Positions 17,611 to 25,982 are shown, numbered from the stretch's first letter. The stretch: 45,739 nt of DNA from an uncultured Erysipelotrichaceae bacterium (GCA_946183085.1 CAMGZU010000003.1:1-45739), one strand, 5' to 3'. Translations and numbers: made by a program. The notes: a model not told the origin generated them from the letters alone.

Positions 17611-18221
17611 GCGCAGTGCTCGTGCAGCCTGCATTTTTCGCATTCTGGCTTTTGGGCGTGGCAGATCGCGCGGCCAAAAGCGATGGTCCGATGATGGAGG
17701 TCGATCCACATTTCCTTCGGGAACTTCTTTTCCAATTTCTTTTCGATGATGAGTGGGTCATCCCCTTCTTTGGCAAAACCAAGGCGTTTGGAAACGCGGG
17801 CCACATGGGTGTCCACCGCATAAGCGGGACGGGAAGAGAGCTCCATCAAGGAGACGTTGGCGGTCTTCACGCCGACGCCAGGCAAAAGAACGAGGTCTTC
17901 GAAAACAAGCGGCACCTCGCCGCCATGCTTTTCGACGCAGGCTTTTCCCAAAGCGATCAGGTTCTTCGCTTTGTTTCGATATAGACCCAAGGAAGCGATG
18001 ATTTTTTCGATGTCTTCTTGCTTCGCCTGAGCGAGGGCTGTTGGGTTTGGATAAGCGGAAAAGAGCGCGGGCGTGACTTTATTAACGCTCATATCATTGG
18101 TTTGGGCGCTCAGCAAAACCGCGCAGACGCATTCGTAGGCGTTATGAAAGTTCAAGGTGCATCCGGCGTCGGGGAATCTCTCGGCCAGAAAGGAAGCAAA
18201 ATCTTCAGTCTTCGTCGTCAT
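17574..18221 (-). CDS. nth: Endonuclease III
   Basis: LLSAQTND, HhH LPGVGVKTAN, AVDTHVARV, 4Fe-4S motif CHAQKPECEKC...C. Confidence 0.97.
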   Translation of the reverse strand: MTTKTEDFASFLAERFPDAGCTLNFHNAYECVCAVLLSAQTNDMSVNKVTPALFSAYPNPTALAQAKQEDIEKIIASLGLYRNKAKNLIALGKACVEKHGGEVPLVFEDLVLLPGVGVKTANVSLMELSSRPAYAVDTHVARVSKRLGFAKEGDDPLIIEKKLEKKFPKEMWIDLHHRTIAFGRAICHAQKPECEKCRLHEHCAYFKKTSSTKGR

Positions 18222-18864
18222 CTTTGACCCATTTCGTCTTAGCGATTTCGATGGTGCGTTCGATGTCGGCGCTCCAGCGGGAGCTCACGCCGGTATAGCC
18301 TTCTTTGGAGATGTCTTCCCTCGCTCGGTTCGAGCGAAGGATCTTATCAATGGATTTGATGGTCTTCTTGCCGGCGGCAAGCGCGTCTTCCAAAGCGTCT
18401 TTGATGGTTTTGACGCCATAGGCATCGTCCAACCAATTCGCGATGAATTCCTTTTCGATCGGAGATAAGGCTCTCGCCAAACGCTTTTCAAAATAGGCAT
18501 AGAGGTCGCTCAGTTCCGCGTTGCGTTCCGCGGCGTTGAGGTTCTGACGGTTTTGGGTCAAAGCCTTCTCGAATTCGGCATAGAGTTTGGTCTCAAGCGG
18601 CTTCAAGGAGGTCCTCATTTCGCCGCCCGTGACTTCGTATTCCAAGTAGTTGCGTTTCACAAGCCCGACCATCGTCGCGTCGATCTCTTTGGCTTTGCGG
18701 TTCATCTTTAACGCCAAAAGATCCGCGGTGACCAAGCGGTTCCCCTGCTTCAAAAGATGGTCGATCATGAGGCAGACCATAACATCTTCTTCGCTCAAAC
18801 CGAGTTTTTTGTAACTATCCAATAAGAGGAAGCGGAAATCGAGGGCAAATTGAGAGGTCGTCAT
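18205..18864 (-). CDS. dnaD: DnaD domain replication protein
   Basis: N-terminal winged helix (YKKLGLSEED), C-terminal FEKRLARALSPIEKEFIANW...IDKIL. dnaD-nth synteny. Confidence 0.85.
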   Translation of the reverse strand: MTTSQFALDFRFLLLDSYKKLGLSEEDVMVCLMIDHLLKQGNRLVTADLLALKMNRKAKEIDATMVGLVKRNYLEYEVTGGEMRTSLKPLETKLYAEFEKALTQNRQNLNAAERNAELSDLYAYFEKRLARALSPIEKEFIANWLDDAYGVKTIKDALEDALAAGKKTIKSIDKILRSNRAREDISKEGYTGVSSRWSADIERTIEIAKTKWVKDDDED

Positions 18865-18876
18865 AGTGAGATAATC

Positions 18877-19485
18877 TTATTCCTTTTCCTTCAGGCGTTC
18901 CATCCGGACTTTGTCCGGGTTGAGGAGAGAAAGGAGGTGCTCCCCTTCTTTCATCGCTTTCGCGGTGTTTTCCTCAACGACAAAGCCAAACTTCTTGGCG
19001 AAGCGTTCCGCCCGCAAGATGCGAAGAGGGTCTTCCTCGATGCGTTTTTTGGGATCGCCGATAAAGCGGATGATTCCTTTTTCGAGGTCGCTTAGCCCTC
19101 CATGGAAATCATAGATATGGTCGTCACGGTCGATGTAAATGGCGTTGATGGTGAAATCCCGACGCCAGGAATCTTCTTTCGGGTCGGCGATGAATTCGAT
19201 TTTGCTGGGATGGCGATGATCGACGTATTCCCCTTCTTTCCGCAAAGTCGTTATGTCGATTTCGACGCCGTCCTCAAAGATTTTGATCGAGCCAAAGCGC
19301 GCGAAATCAAAACGGGCGTCCGGCAGGAATTTCCTCATGTCGTCCGGTTTGGCGTCCGTGACGAAATCAAAGTCGGTGTAAGGCTGCTCCAAGAGATAAT
19401 CTCTTGCGGTGCCGCCGACCATATAAAGATGGAAGCCATGCTCCCCGAAGATCTTCGCGTATTTCAAAAAGCGTTGGTCGTTCAC
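18877..19485 (-). CDS. cca: Class II CCA-adding tRNA nucleotidyltransferase, unusually short (about 200 aa)
   Basis: VGGTARD, DFD, TTLRKE...Y.DHRHP, EDSWRRDFTINA, EDPLRILRA. Start is GTG 19485 or TTG 19491. Confidence 0.88.
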   Translation of the reverse strand: MNDQRFLKYAKIFGEHGFHLYMVGGTARDYLLEQPYTDFDFVTDAKPDDMRKFLPDARFDFARFGSIKIFEDGVEIDITTLRKEGEYVDHRHPSKIEFIADPKEDSWRRDFTINAIYIDRDDHIYDFHGGLSDLEKGIIRFIGDPKKRIEEDPLRILRAERFAKKFGFVVEENTAKAMKEGEHLLSLLNPDKVRMERLKEKE

Positions 19486-19507
19486 GGTCAAAGTCTAGCA
19501 CATAGAA

Positions 19508-19534
19508 AGAAAAGGGGCACCGAAGTGTCCCTTT
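19508..19534 (-). terminator. hup terminator
   Basis: AAAGGGACAC-TTCG-GTGCCCCTTT followed by TCTTT; C(UUCG)G tetraloop. Confidence 0.85.
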
Positions 19535-19553
19535 GGAATTGCTTAACTTAGGA

Positions 19554-19823
19554 TTAAAGCTTTTCTTTGAGCGCTTTGCTCGGCTTGAACGCGACAGTCT
19601 TGCTGGCCGCGATGGTGATCTTTTCGTGGGTGGTCGGGTTGGAGCCTTCGCGGGCTTTTCTTTCCTTCTTCACGAAGCCACCAAAGCCGGAGATTTTGAC
19701 TTCCTCGCCTTTGATGAGAGCGGCTTCGACTTCGTCAAGGAGAGTGTTGACGATGTCTTCGGTCTCCTTTTTGGAAGCGCCGACTTTCTCAGAAACGACG
19801 GCAATCAATTCAGCTTTGTTCAT
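19554..19823 (-). CDS. hup: DNA-binding protein HU
   Basis: MNKAELI, ISGFGGF, RKAREGSNPTT, FKPSKALKE. SD GGAGG. Confidence 0.97.
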   Translation of the reverse strand: MNKAELIAVVSEKVGASKKETEDIVNTLLDEVEAALIKGEEVKISGFGGFVKKERKAREGSNPTTHEKITIAASKTVAFKPSKALKEKL

Positions 19824-19930
19824 TGGAATGTCCTCCTGTGGTGCTAAATGTAACCTAAAAGTAGCATACCATCGAAACTAATTCAAAGTTTTTCGGCATT
19901 TTTTTGTGAAAAACCATTTTTTTCATGTTC

Positions 19931-19958
19931 AAAAAAGCCCAATTCGATGGAATCGGGC
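19931..19958 (-). terminator. der terminator
   Basis: GCCCGATTC-CATC-GAATTGGGC followed by TTTTTT. Confidence 0.8.
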
Positions 19959-19978
19959 CTTTTCAATTTTGTAAGCGG

Positions 19979-21283
19979 TTACTTCCTTTGACGATAAATT
20001 ATGTTCAATGGCGACCCTTCAAAGTCGAACGTTTCGCGCATGCGGTTCTCCAAATAACGGGTATAGGAGAAATGGGCGAACTTTGGATCGTTGCAGAACA
20101 TGACGAAGGTCGGCGGAGCCACGGCGACTTGCGAAGCGTAGACGATCTTCAGGCGGCCATGGTTGAATTCTGGGGTCGGGTTCATCGCTTGAGCGTCTAA
20201 GACGATCTTGTTCAAGACCGAGGTTGAGACGCGGCGATGGAACGATTCATGGGCTTTTTGGATGGCTGGCAGGATTGCGCTTAAGCCCCTGCCCGTTTTG
20301 GCGGAGACAAACAAAACGGTCGCGTAATCCAAGAATTTGAAGCGGGTCGCGATGTCTTTCGTAAATTCTTCTTGGGTTTGACCGGTTGCCGCGAGATCCC
20401 ACTTGTTCACGACGAGGATGACGGCTTTTTTCTTATCGATGGCATAGCCGACGACATGGGCGTCTTGCTCACGGATGCCGGTTTCGGTGTCGATCAAAAG
20501 AAGAACAACTTCGCTGCGATCGATCGCGCTTAACGCGCGGATGGCCGCATATTTGTCGATGGCTTCGTAAATCATGCCGCGCTTCACCAAGCCGGCGGTA
20601 TCGATTAAGACATAGTCTTGGCCATCTTTTCGGAAAGGGGTGTCGATCGAATCACGGGTTGTGCCCGAGATGTCTTTGACGATGGAACGCTCTTTCCCAA
20701 GGATCGCGTTGGACAAAGAGGATTTGCCGACGTTTGGCCTACCGATCAAAGAGAAGGTGATGGCTTCCCCATAATCCGGGGTTTCTTTCTCGGGGAGCAT
20801 CGAGACGATCTTGTCCAAAAGGTCGCCGATTCCAATGCCATGCTCACCGCTGACGGCCATCGGCTCGCCAAGGCCAAAGGCATAGAAATCGGTGGTCGCG
20901 GCAATGTCTTCGATGCGGTCGATTTTGTTGACGGCGACGATGACGGGCTTATCGCTCTTATAGAGCATCTTGGCGACGACTTCATCATCACCGGTTACAC
21001 CTTTTTTGCCATCCACGACGAAAACGATGAGATCTGCCTCGTCCAAAGCGAGCTGCACTTGGGCGCGAATCTCAACTTGGAATGGGGCGTTTTTGACCTC
21101 GACGCCGCCAGTATCGATGATGGTGAAAGACTTGGTCAGCCATTCACAGGTGCCATAGATGCGGTCGCGGGTCACCCCTGGGGTATCTTCGACGATGGCT
21201 TTCCTCGCGCCGACAAAGCGATTGAAAATCGTGCTTTTGCCTGCGTTAGGAGAGCCGACCAAACAAACGGTTCCTAGTGACAT
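19979..21283 (-). CDS. der: Ribosome biogenesis GTPase Der (EngA)
   Basis: Two G domains (GSPNAGKS and GRPNVGKS), DTGG, DTAG, C-terminal KH-like region PPTFVMF. Confidence 0.98.
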   Translation of the reverse strand: MSLGTVCLVGSPNAGKSTIFNRFVGARKAIVEDTPGVTRDRIYGTCEWLTKSFTIIDTGGVEVKNAPFQVEIRAQVQLALDEADLIVFVVDGKKGVTGDDEVVAKMLYKSDKPVIVAVNKIDRIEDIAATTDFYAFGLGEPMAVSGEHGIGIGDLLDKIVSMLPEKETPDYGEAITFSLIGRPNVGKSSLSNAILGKERSIVKDISGTTRDSIDTPFRKDGQDYVLIDTAGLVKRGMIYEAIDKYAAIRALSAIDRSEVVLLLIDTETGIREQDAHVVGYAIDKKKAVILVVNKWDLAATGQTQEEFTKDIATRFKFLDYATVLFVSAKTGRGLSAILPAIQKAHESFHRRVSTSVLNKIVLDAQAMNPTPEFNHGRLKIVYASQVAVAPPTFVMFCNDPKFAHFSYTRYLENRMRETFDFEGSPLNIIYRQRK

Positions 21284-21960
21284 GGAATCTCCAATCCGGT
21301 TTTATCGGAAACGATTTTTAAGACGGCATCCACCGCTTCATCGATGGACATAAAGCTGGTATCAAGGAGCACGGAATCGCTGGCAGGCTTCAACGGCGCG
21401 AAGTCGCGATGCGAGTCGATGTAGTCGCGTTTGCGGACGTCATCTTCGACGTCTTTTAAGGAAGTTGGGATGCCTTTTGCGAGGTTTTCCTCGTAACGGC
21501 GGACCGCGCGGGTCTCAACGGAAGCAATCTGGAAAACCTTGACGTCGGCGTTTGGAAGAACATAGGTTCCAATGTCGCGGCCATCCATGACGACCGACTT
21601 GGAAGCGGCCATTTTCCTTTGCAGCTCCACAAGGGCCAAACGAATGTTTTTGTAGGAGGCAATGTAGCTGACGTTACCTGAGACGAGCGGCTCGCGGATG
21701 ACTTTGGAAACGTCCTCGCCATTGCAGATAACAACACCACCAGGGAGAAGCTCAATGTCCACCTCGGGGATCAAGGAACAGGAAGCGATCTCATCTTTCG
21801 GATCAAGGTTTTTCTTGATCACGGCGTAAGTGAAAGCGCGGTACATCGCGCCAGTGTCGATGTAGGTGAAACCAAGGATTTGGGCGACGCGCTTTGCGAC
21901 CGTGCTTTTGCCGGCGGCCGCTGGCCCGTCGATGGCGACAGAGATTGCTTTTTGCTTCAT
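21274..21960 (-). CDS. cmk: Cytidylate kinase
   Basis: AIDGPAAAGKST, DTGAMYRA, VMDGRDIGT, RDYIDSHR. Confidence 0.98.
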   Translation of the reverse strand: MKQKAISVAIDGPAAAGKSTVAKRVAQILGFTYIDTGAMYRAFTYAVIKKNLDPKDEIASCSLIPEVDIELLPGGVVICNGEDVSKVIREPLVSGNVSYIASYKNIRLALVELQRKMAASKSVVMDGRDIGTYVLPNADVKVFQIASVETRAVRRYEENLAKGIPTSLKDVEDDVRKRDYIDSHRDFAPLKPASDSVLLDTSFMSIDEAVDAVLKIVSDKTGLEIPCH

Positions 21961-21964
21961 TGCT

Positions 21965-22306
21965 TTAACTCCTTGCTGTGATAGAGAAATACCAGATGAG
22001 GAAGAGGGCGATGGTCACAAGGAGGGCGAGGGTTTTGATTCCGATGCCAATCCATCTTCTTTTTCGATAGGCGCGATAAGGCGAAACGCGCTTTTTCGTG
22101 AACGCGGGAGCCTCTTTGCCCTCGGCGGATTGCAGGATATCCCCGAAGCTGATCGCGCTTGAAGCGCGCTCCGCCCGCTCAAGGATTTCAAGGTCTTGTT
22201 CGGAAAGCGAACGAAGGCGCTTGATCGGGGCATTGGGGAAAGCGTCGTCCCGCATCTGCTTGATTTCTTCGCGATAGCGGCGATAACGTTCCTTCCTTGT
22301 TTCCAT
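21965..22306 (-). CDS. Hypothetical protein with a C-terminal membrane anchor
   Basis: 113 aa, charged N-terminus METRKERYRRYREEI and one C-terminal TM. Extended -10 TGCTAGAAT at 22316-22324; co-oriented with cmk. Confidence 0.8.
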   Translation of the reverse strand: METRKERYRRYREEIKQMRDDAFPNAPIKRLRSLSEQDLEILERAERASSAISFGDILQSAEGKEAPAFTKKRVSPYRAYRKRRWIGIGIKTLALLVTIALFLIWYFSITARS

Positions 22307-22439
22307 ACCTTGGCTATTCTAGCAAAAGAGCACCCTCGTTAAAACGAGGAAGCAACGAAAAGAGGAAAGCGTTTGGGAAAAAGGGCTACCCCAATTTGAC
22401 GCTTGGTTTATAATGACTTTGTTTTTGGAGGTAAAAAAC

Positions 22440-22625
22440 ATGCCGAACGTCAAAGTCGATAAAGATCTTTGCATCGCTTGCGGTCTCTGTGTTGGCACCT
22501 GCCCGTCCGTCTTCTCTTTTGGAGATGATGGCAAAGCGGAAGCCGCGCCGGTCGCCGCCGAGGACGAAGCGGCCGTCGAGGAAGCCAAAGGCAGCTGCCC
22601 CGTCGGAGCCATCGTCGAGGAATAA
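22440..22625 (+). CDS. fer: Ferredoxin (single 4Fe-4S cluster)
   Basis: CIACGLCVGTCP...SCPVGAI. SD GGAGG before ATG 22440; TATAAT at 22409. Confidence 0.95.
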   Translation: MPNVKVDKDLCIACGLCVGTCPSVFSFGDDGKAEAAPVAAEDEAAVEEAKGSCPVGAIVEE

Positions 22626-22636
22626 GTCGAAAAGAG

Positions 22637-22665
22637 AAAACGGACGTTGCTGCGTCCGTTTTTTT
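22637..22665. terminator. Bidirectional terminator between fer and ribU
   Basis: AAAACGGACG-TTGCTG-CGTCCGTTTTTTT. Confidence 0.85.
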
Positions 22666-22666
22666 C

Positions 22667-23476
22667 TTACTCTTTCGGGGTTTCCTGTTTGGCCTCGATT
22701 GGCTCCACGCCTTCTATAGGCTTCGCGGCCTCAATGATCTTTGGAGCCTTTTTCTTTTTGCCCGATTTGTCGAAGCGGAGGAAGACATGAATGCTCCGAT
22801 AGACGAGGAACGTGGCAACGATTACCACCGCATCCTTTAAAGCGTTGAATGGCAATACGGCGAAGAAGGCGTAGCTCCATCCGACGTCGGTAATCGCCGG
22901 GTTGGCCATCTTGCAGATGGCGAGCAAACCTTCGAGGGGAATGCCATAAAGATTCGAATAGAACGGGATCATCACGTAGACGTTGAGGAGCATCGCCGAG
23001 AGAATCTGGATGACGGTGCCAAGGGCGAAGCCAATCGCGACCCCTTTGAGATTGCGCTTCTTATCATAGATAAGGCAAGCAGGGATTATGTAAAGGCAGC
23101 TCATAACGAAGTCCGAGAATTCGCCGACCGTATTGGTGGTCGTAAAGGGAAGCTTGATGAGGGTTTTGATGCCGATGACGGCGACGCCGGCCCATGGGCC
23201 ATAGGCATAACCGCAGATAAAGGCTGGGATTTCGTCGAAGTGAAGACTGAGGAAGGATGGGAAGAACGGCAATTTGACCGTGAAGACGTCGACGACGTAA
23301 AGGATGGTCGCAATCGCGCCAAAGATGCCGACACGAGCCATGAAACGGACGGGCGAATAAGCGACTTTCTTCTCTTCTTTGCCGGCGAGCTTCCGATACA
23401 CCTTATAGGTGAGGAAGGCCAAGATGAAGAACAAGACGACGGATAAGACCGGGCCGTATTTCTGTAAGAAATCCAT
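22667..23476 (-). CDS. ribU: ECF transporter S component, riboflavin (RibU/FmnP)
   Basis: FPSFLSLHFDEIP, GEFSDF, NVYVMIPFY, PFNALK. Controlled by an FMN riboswitch; has an extra N-terminal TM. Confidence 0.93.
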   Translation of the reverse strand: MDFLQKYGPVLSVVLFFILAFLTYKVYRKLAGKEEKKVAYSPVRFMARVGIFGAIATILYVVDVFTVKLPFFPSFLSLHFDEIPAFICGYAYGPWAGVAVIGIKTLIKLPFTTTNTVGEFSDFVMSCLYIIPACLIYDKKRNLKGVAIGFALGTVIQILSAMLLNVYVMIPFYSNLYGIPLEGLLAICKMANPAITDVGWSYAFFAVLPFNALKDAVVIVATFLVYRSIHVFLRFDKSGKKKKAPKIIEAAKPIEGVEPIEAKQETPKE

Positions 23477-23525
23477 AAAAAATCCTCCCGCTATCAAGGC
23501 GAGAGGCTCGTTCGCAAAACAAACG

Positions 23526-23643
23526 CAGCTTCTAACATCCGGACTTTACCGTTGGCTCTGGAGTTTCACCAGATCATGCCTTCCTATCGGTTGGCTCGCG
23601 GGCTTTACCGCCAGTCGACGTAATTCTCGTCGCCCTGAAGCGA
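23526..23643 (-). ncRNA. FMN riboswitch (RFN element)
   Basis: GCTTCAGGGC...ACTGGCGGTAAAGCCCGCGAG...TGATCTGGTGAAACTCCAGAGCCAACGGTAAAGTCCGGATG..AGAAGC. TATAAT at 23648-23653. Downstream hairpin CCTCTCGC/GCGGGAGG sequesters the SD. Confidence 0.97.
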
Positions 23644-23675
23644 CACCATTATAGCCCTTTAAACGGACGTTACAA

Positions 23676-24494
23676 TCACCGAACGTTCTTAAGGCTCTTG
23701 AGAAAGATTTCTTTCTCTTTCTTTGAGGCGAAGGAAAGGGTGACGGTATCCTCGCTTTCGTCTTGGATGATCGGGGAAATGAGGGACCCCGTTGATTGGT
23801 TTTGCCCCGCGAGGCGATCTTTTACCAAACGCTCGGTTTCCCGGACGGAGAGCTTCTTTTCGTAGATGGTTTTGACGATTTCGGTGATGTCATCCTGAGA
23901 CAAGGATGCAATCGCTTTCCCATGCCCATAGGAAAGCTTGCCAAGGCAGATGTCGTCTAACACCGCGTCTGGCAAACGGAGGATGCGCATCGTGTTGGTG
24001 ATTTGCGAACGGGATTGGTGAGAGAGCTTCGCCAAGGTCTCTTGGGTATAGCCATAGCGCTCGTTTAGCTCGCGGCAGATGAGGGCCATCTCTACCACAT
24101 TCGCTTCTCGTTGGTCACGAGTGTCCGCAAGGAGCATCAGCAAAACCTCCTCGTCGCTGGCTTTGACGATGACGCAAGGGAATTCGGTCAAACCTGCTTT
24201 TCTTCCGCCTTGGTAGCGTTTGCGGCCCAAGATCAATTCGTAATGGCTACGCTTTGGGCGGACGACAAGAGGCGAATAAACGCCGTTTTTGCTTAACTGC
24301 TCCGCAAACCGTTGCACGGTTTCAGCCGGAATCTTCACATTTTTGACAAACGACGTGTCGTCGATTTGCCTTGTAGGAATCTGACGAGATGGACGCGAAG
24401 AATACTCTTTTTCGAGCGTCGCGATGACGTCGTTCTCGGAGAACTTCTTGATGAGCCCGCCTAGGGTGTTGTTAAGTACCCTATCTTTTTTCAT
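23676..24494 (-). CDS. parB: ParB/Spo0J family partition protein, divergent
   Basis: GVYSPLVVRP, HTH TQETLAKLSHQSRSQITNTMR, LSYGHG, LSVRETE. Overlaps the parA end; start at ATG 24494. Confidence 0.9.
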   Translation of the reverse strand: MKKDRVLNNTLGGLIKKFSENDVIATLEKEYSSRPSRQIPTRQIDDTSFVKNVKIPAETVQRFAEQLSKNGVYSPLVVRPKRSHYELILGRKRYQGGRKAGLTEFPCVIVKASDEEVLLMLLADTRDQREANVVEMALICRELNERYGYTQETLAKLSHQSRSQITNTMRILRLPDAVLDDICLGKLSYGHGKAIASLSQDDITEIVKTIYEKKLSVRETERLVKDRLAGQNQSTGSLISPIIQDESEDTVTLSFASKKEKEIFLKSLKNVR

Positions 24495-25257
24495 TGTGAT
24501 CGATGACCTCTCTGGCGAGGGCAAAATAGGCGGAGGCGCCTTGGGAAGTCGGGCGGAACGTGGTCACCGGCTCTTGGCGGCCCTGCGATTCCGAGATCGA
24601 TTGATTGCGTGGAACGACGGTTAAGAATGTATTCTCTTTGAAGGTCTTACGGACCTGGCTTTGGATTTCGGTGCCCAAAGTGGTTCTTTGATCGTACATG
24701 GTCAATAAGAAACCTTCGATGGTGAGGCGCGGATTCATGTCATGCTGGACACGGGCGACGGTCGAGATGATCGCGGCCACCGCTTCCATCGCAAAATACT
24801 CGCACTGCACAGGGATCAAAACCGAGTCGGCCGCGACCAAAGCGTTTAAGCAAAGAAGCCCCAAGCTTGGCGGGCAATCGACGATGATATAGTCGTAATG
24901 ATTCTTAGGAAGATGGGCCAAGGCCTTCTTCAACGTCAAAAAGGGAGAGAACGTGCCATTGTGTTCCGCCTCAAATTGCGCAAGGCGAAGATTGGCAGGG
25001 ATCACATCAAGACCGTCGAAACCGGTCGTCGTGATCGCTTGGGTCGGAGTCAAGCGTTTGGAAAGAATCTCGTAGATGGTGTTTTCTTGGATGTTGATGT
25101 CGATACCAACGCCACGACCGGCATTCCCCTGTGGGTCCATATCAATCAAAAGCACTTTGCGTCCCAAACGGGCCAAAGCATGCGAGAGATTGATGGCGGT
25201 CGTGGTTTTGCCAACGCCGCCTTTTTGGTTTGCTATAGCAATAATACGGGTCATCAC
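24481..25257 (-). CDS. parA: ParA/Soj ATPase
   Basis: NQKGGVGKTTT, DMDPQGN, DCPPSLG, PVQCEYFAMEA. Confidence 0.97.
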   Translation of the reverse strand: MMTRIIAIANQKGGVGKTTTAINLSHALARLGRKVLLIDMDPQGNAGRGVGIDINIQENTIYEILSKRLTPTQAITTTGFDGLDVIPANLRLAQFEAEHNGTFSPFLTLKKALAHLPKNHYDYIIVDCPPSLGLLCLNALVAADSVLIPVQCEYFAMEAVAAIISTVARVQHDMNPRLTIEGFLLTMYDQRTTLGTEIQSQVRKTFKENTFLTVVPRNQSISESQGRQEPVTTFRPTSQGASAYFALAREVIDHNEKR

Positions 25258-25295
25258 TAAAAAATTATGCTCTTTCGTGGAACATTATCAATGTT

Positions 25296-25982
25296 TCACA
25301 AGCTATGTTTGCTGATTTGGTTCCATGGGCGCGGATAGCGAGCCATGGTTTTTTCCTGTTTCTTGAAGAAAAGGTTGATGCGCATGCCAGCGCCGCCAGG
25401 AAGTTCTTCTTTCTGAGCGTTGGAGAAGCGGGTCCTCAATAAGCGGAGGGCACGCTCGGATTCGCGAAGCTCCTCCATCCCTTTGTCGCCTTTATAGGCA
25501 AGGAGGATGCCATCCACTTTAAGAAGCGGAACGCCGAGTTCAATGATGTTTTGAAGAGCGGAGAAACCACGGGCGGTCACCATGTCGTAATGTTCGCGGA
25601 AGGTGCGGAGATCTTCGGCACGTGCGCACAAAAAGGTAACGTTTTTCGTTTCGGTCTGCTTCACGACTTCCTCCAAGAAGGAGAACTTCTTTTTGGTCGC
25701 GTCGAGCAAGGTGACGTGGAGTTCGGGGAAGCAGATGGCTAAGACCAGCCCGGGGAAGCCCGCGCCAGTGCCCATATCAATCAGGTTCTGGTTGGTGAAT
25801 TTGAAGACTTTGGAAGGGAGGAGCGAATCGTAGATATGCTTCTCGACCACTTCCTCTTCTTCGACGATGGAGGTGAGGTTGATCTTCTCGTTCCACTCCT
25901 TCAAAAGCTTCGCATAGATCCGGAGTTTTTCGATGGTGCCTTCTTCCAAGGAGAAGGCTTTTTGGAGTTCTTCGAATGTCAT
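25296..25982 (-). CDS. rsmG: 16S rRNA m7G527 methyltransferase (GidB)
   Basis: WNEKINLTSI, KHIYDS, DMGTGAGFPG, ARAED, YKG. Confidence 0.97.
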   Translation of the reverse strand: MTFEELQKAFSLEEGTIEKLRIYAKLLKEWNEKINLTSIVEEEEVVEKHIYDSLLPSKVFKFTNQNLIDMGTGAGFPGLVLAICFPELHVTLLDATKKKFSFLEEVVKQTETKNVTFLCARAEDLRTFREHYDMVTARGFSALQNIIELGVPLLKVDGILLAYKGDKGMEELRESERALRLLRTRFSNAQKEELPGGAGMRINLFFKKQEKTMARYPRPWNQISKHSL

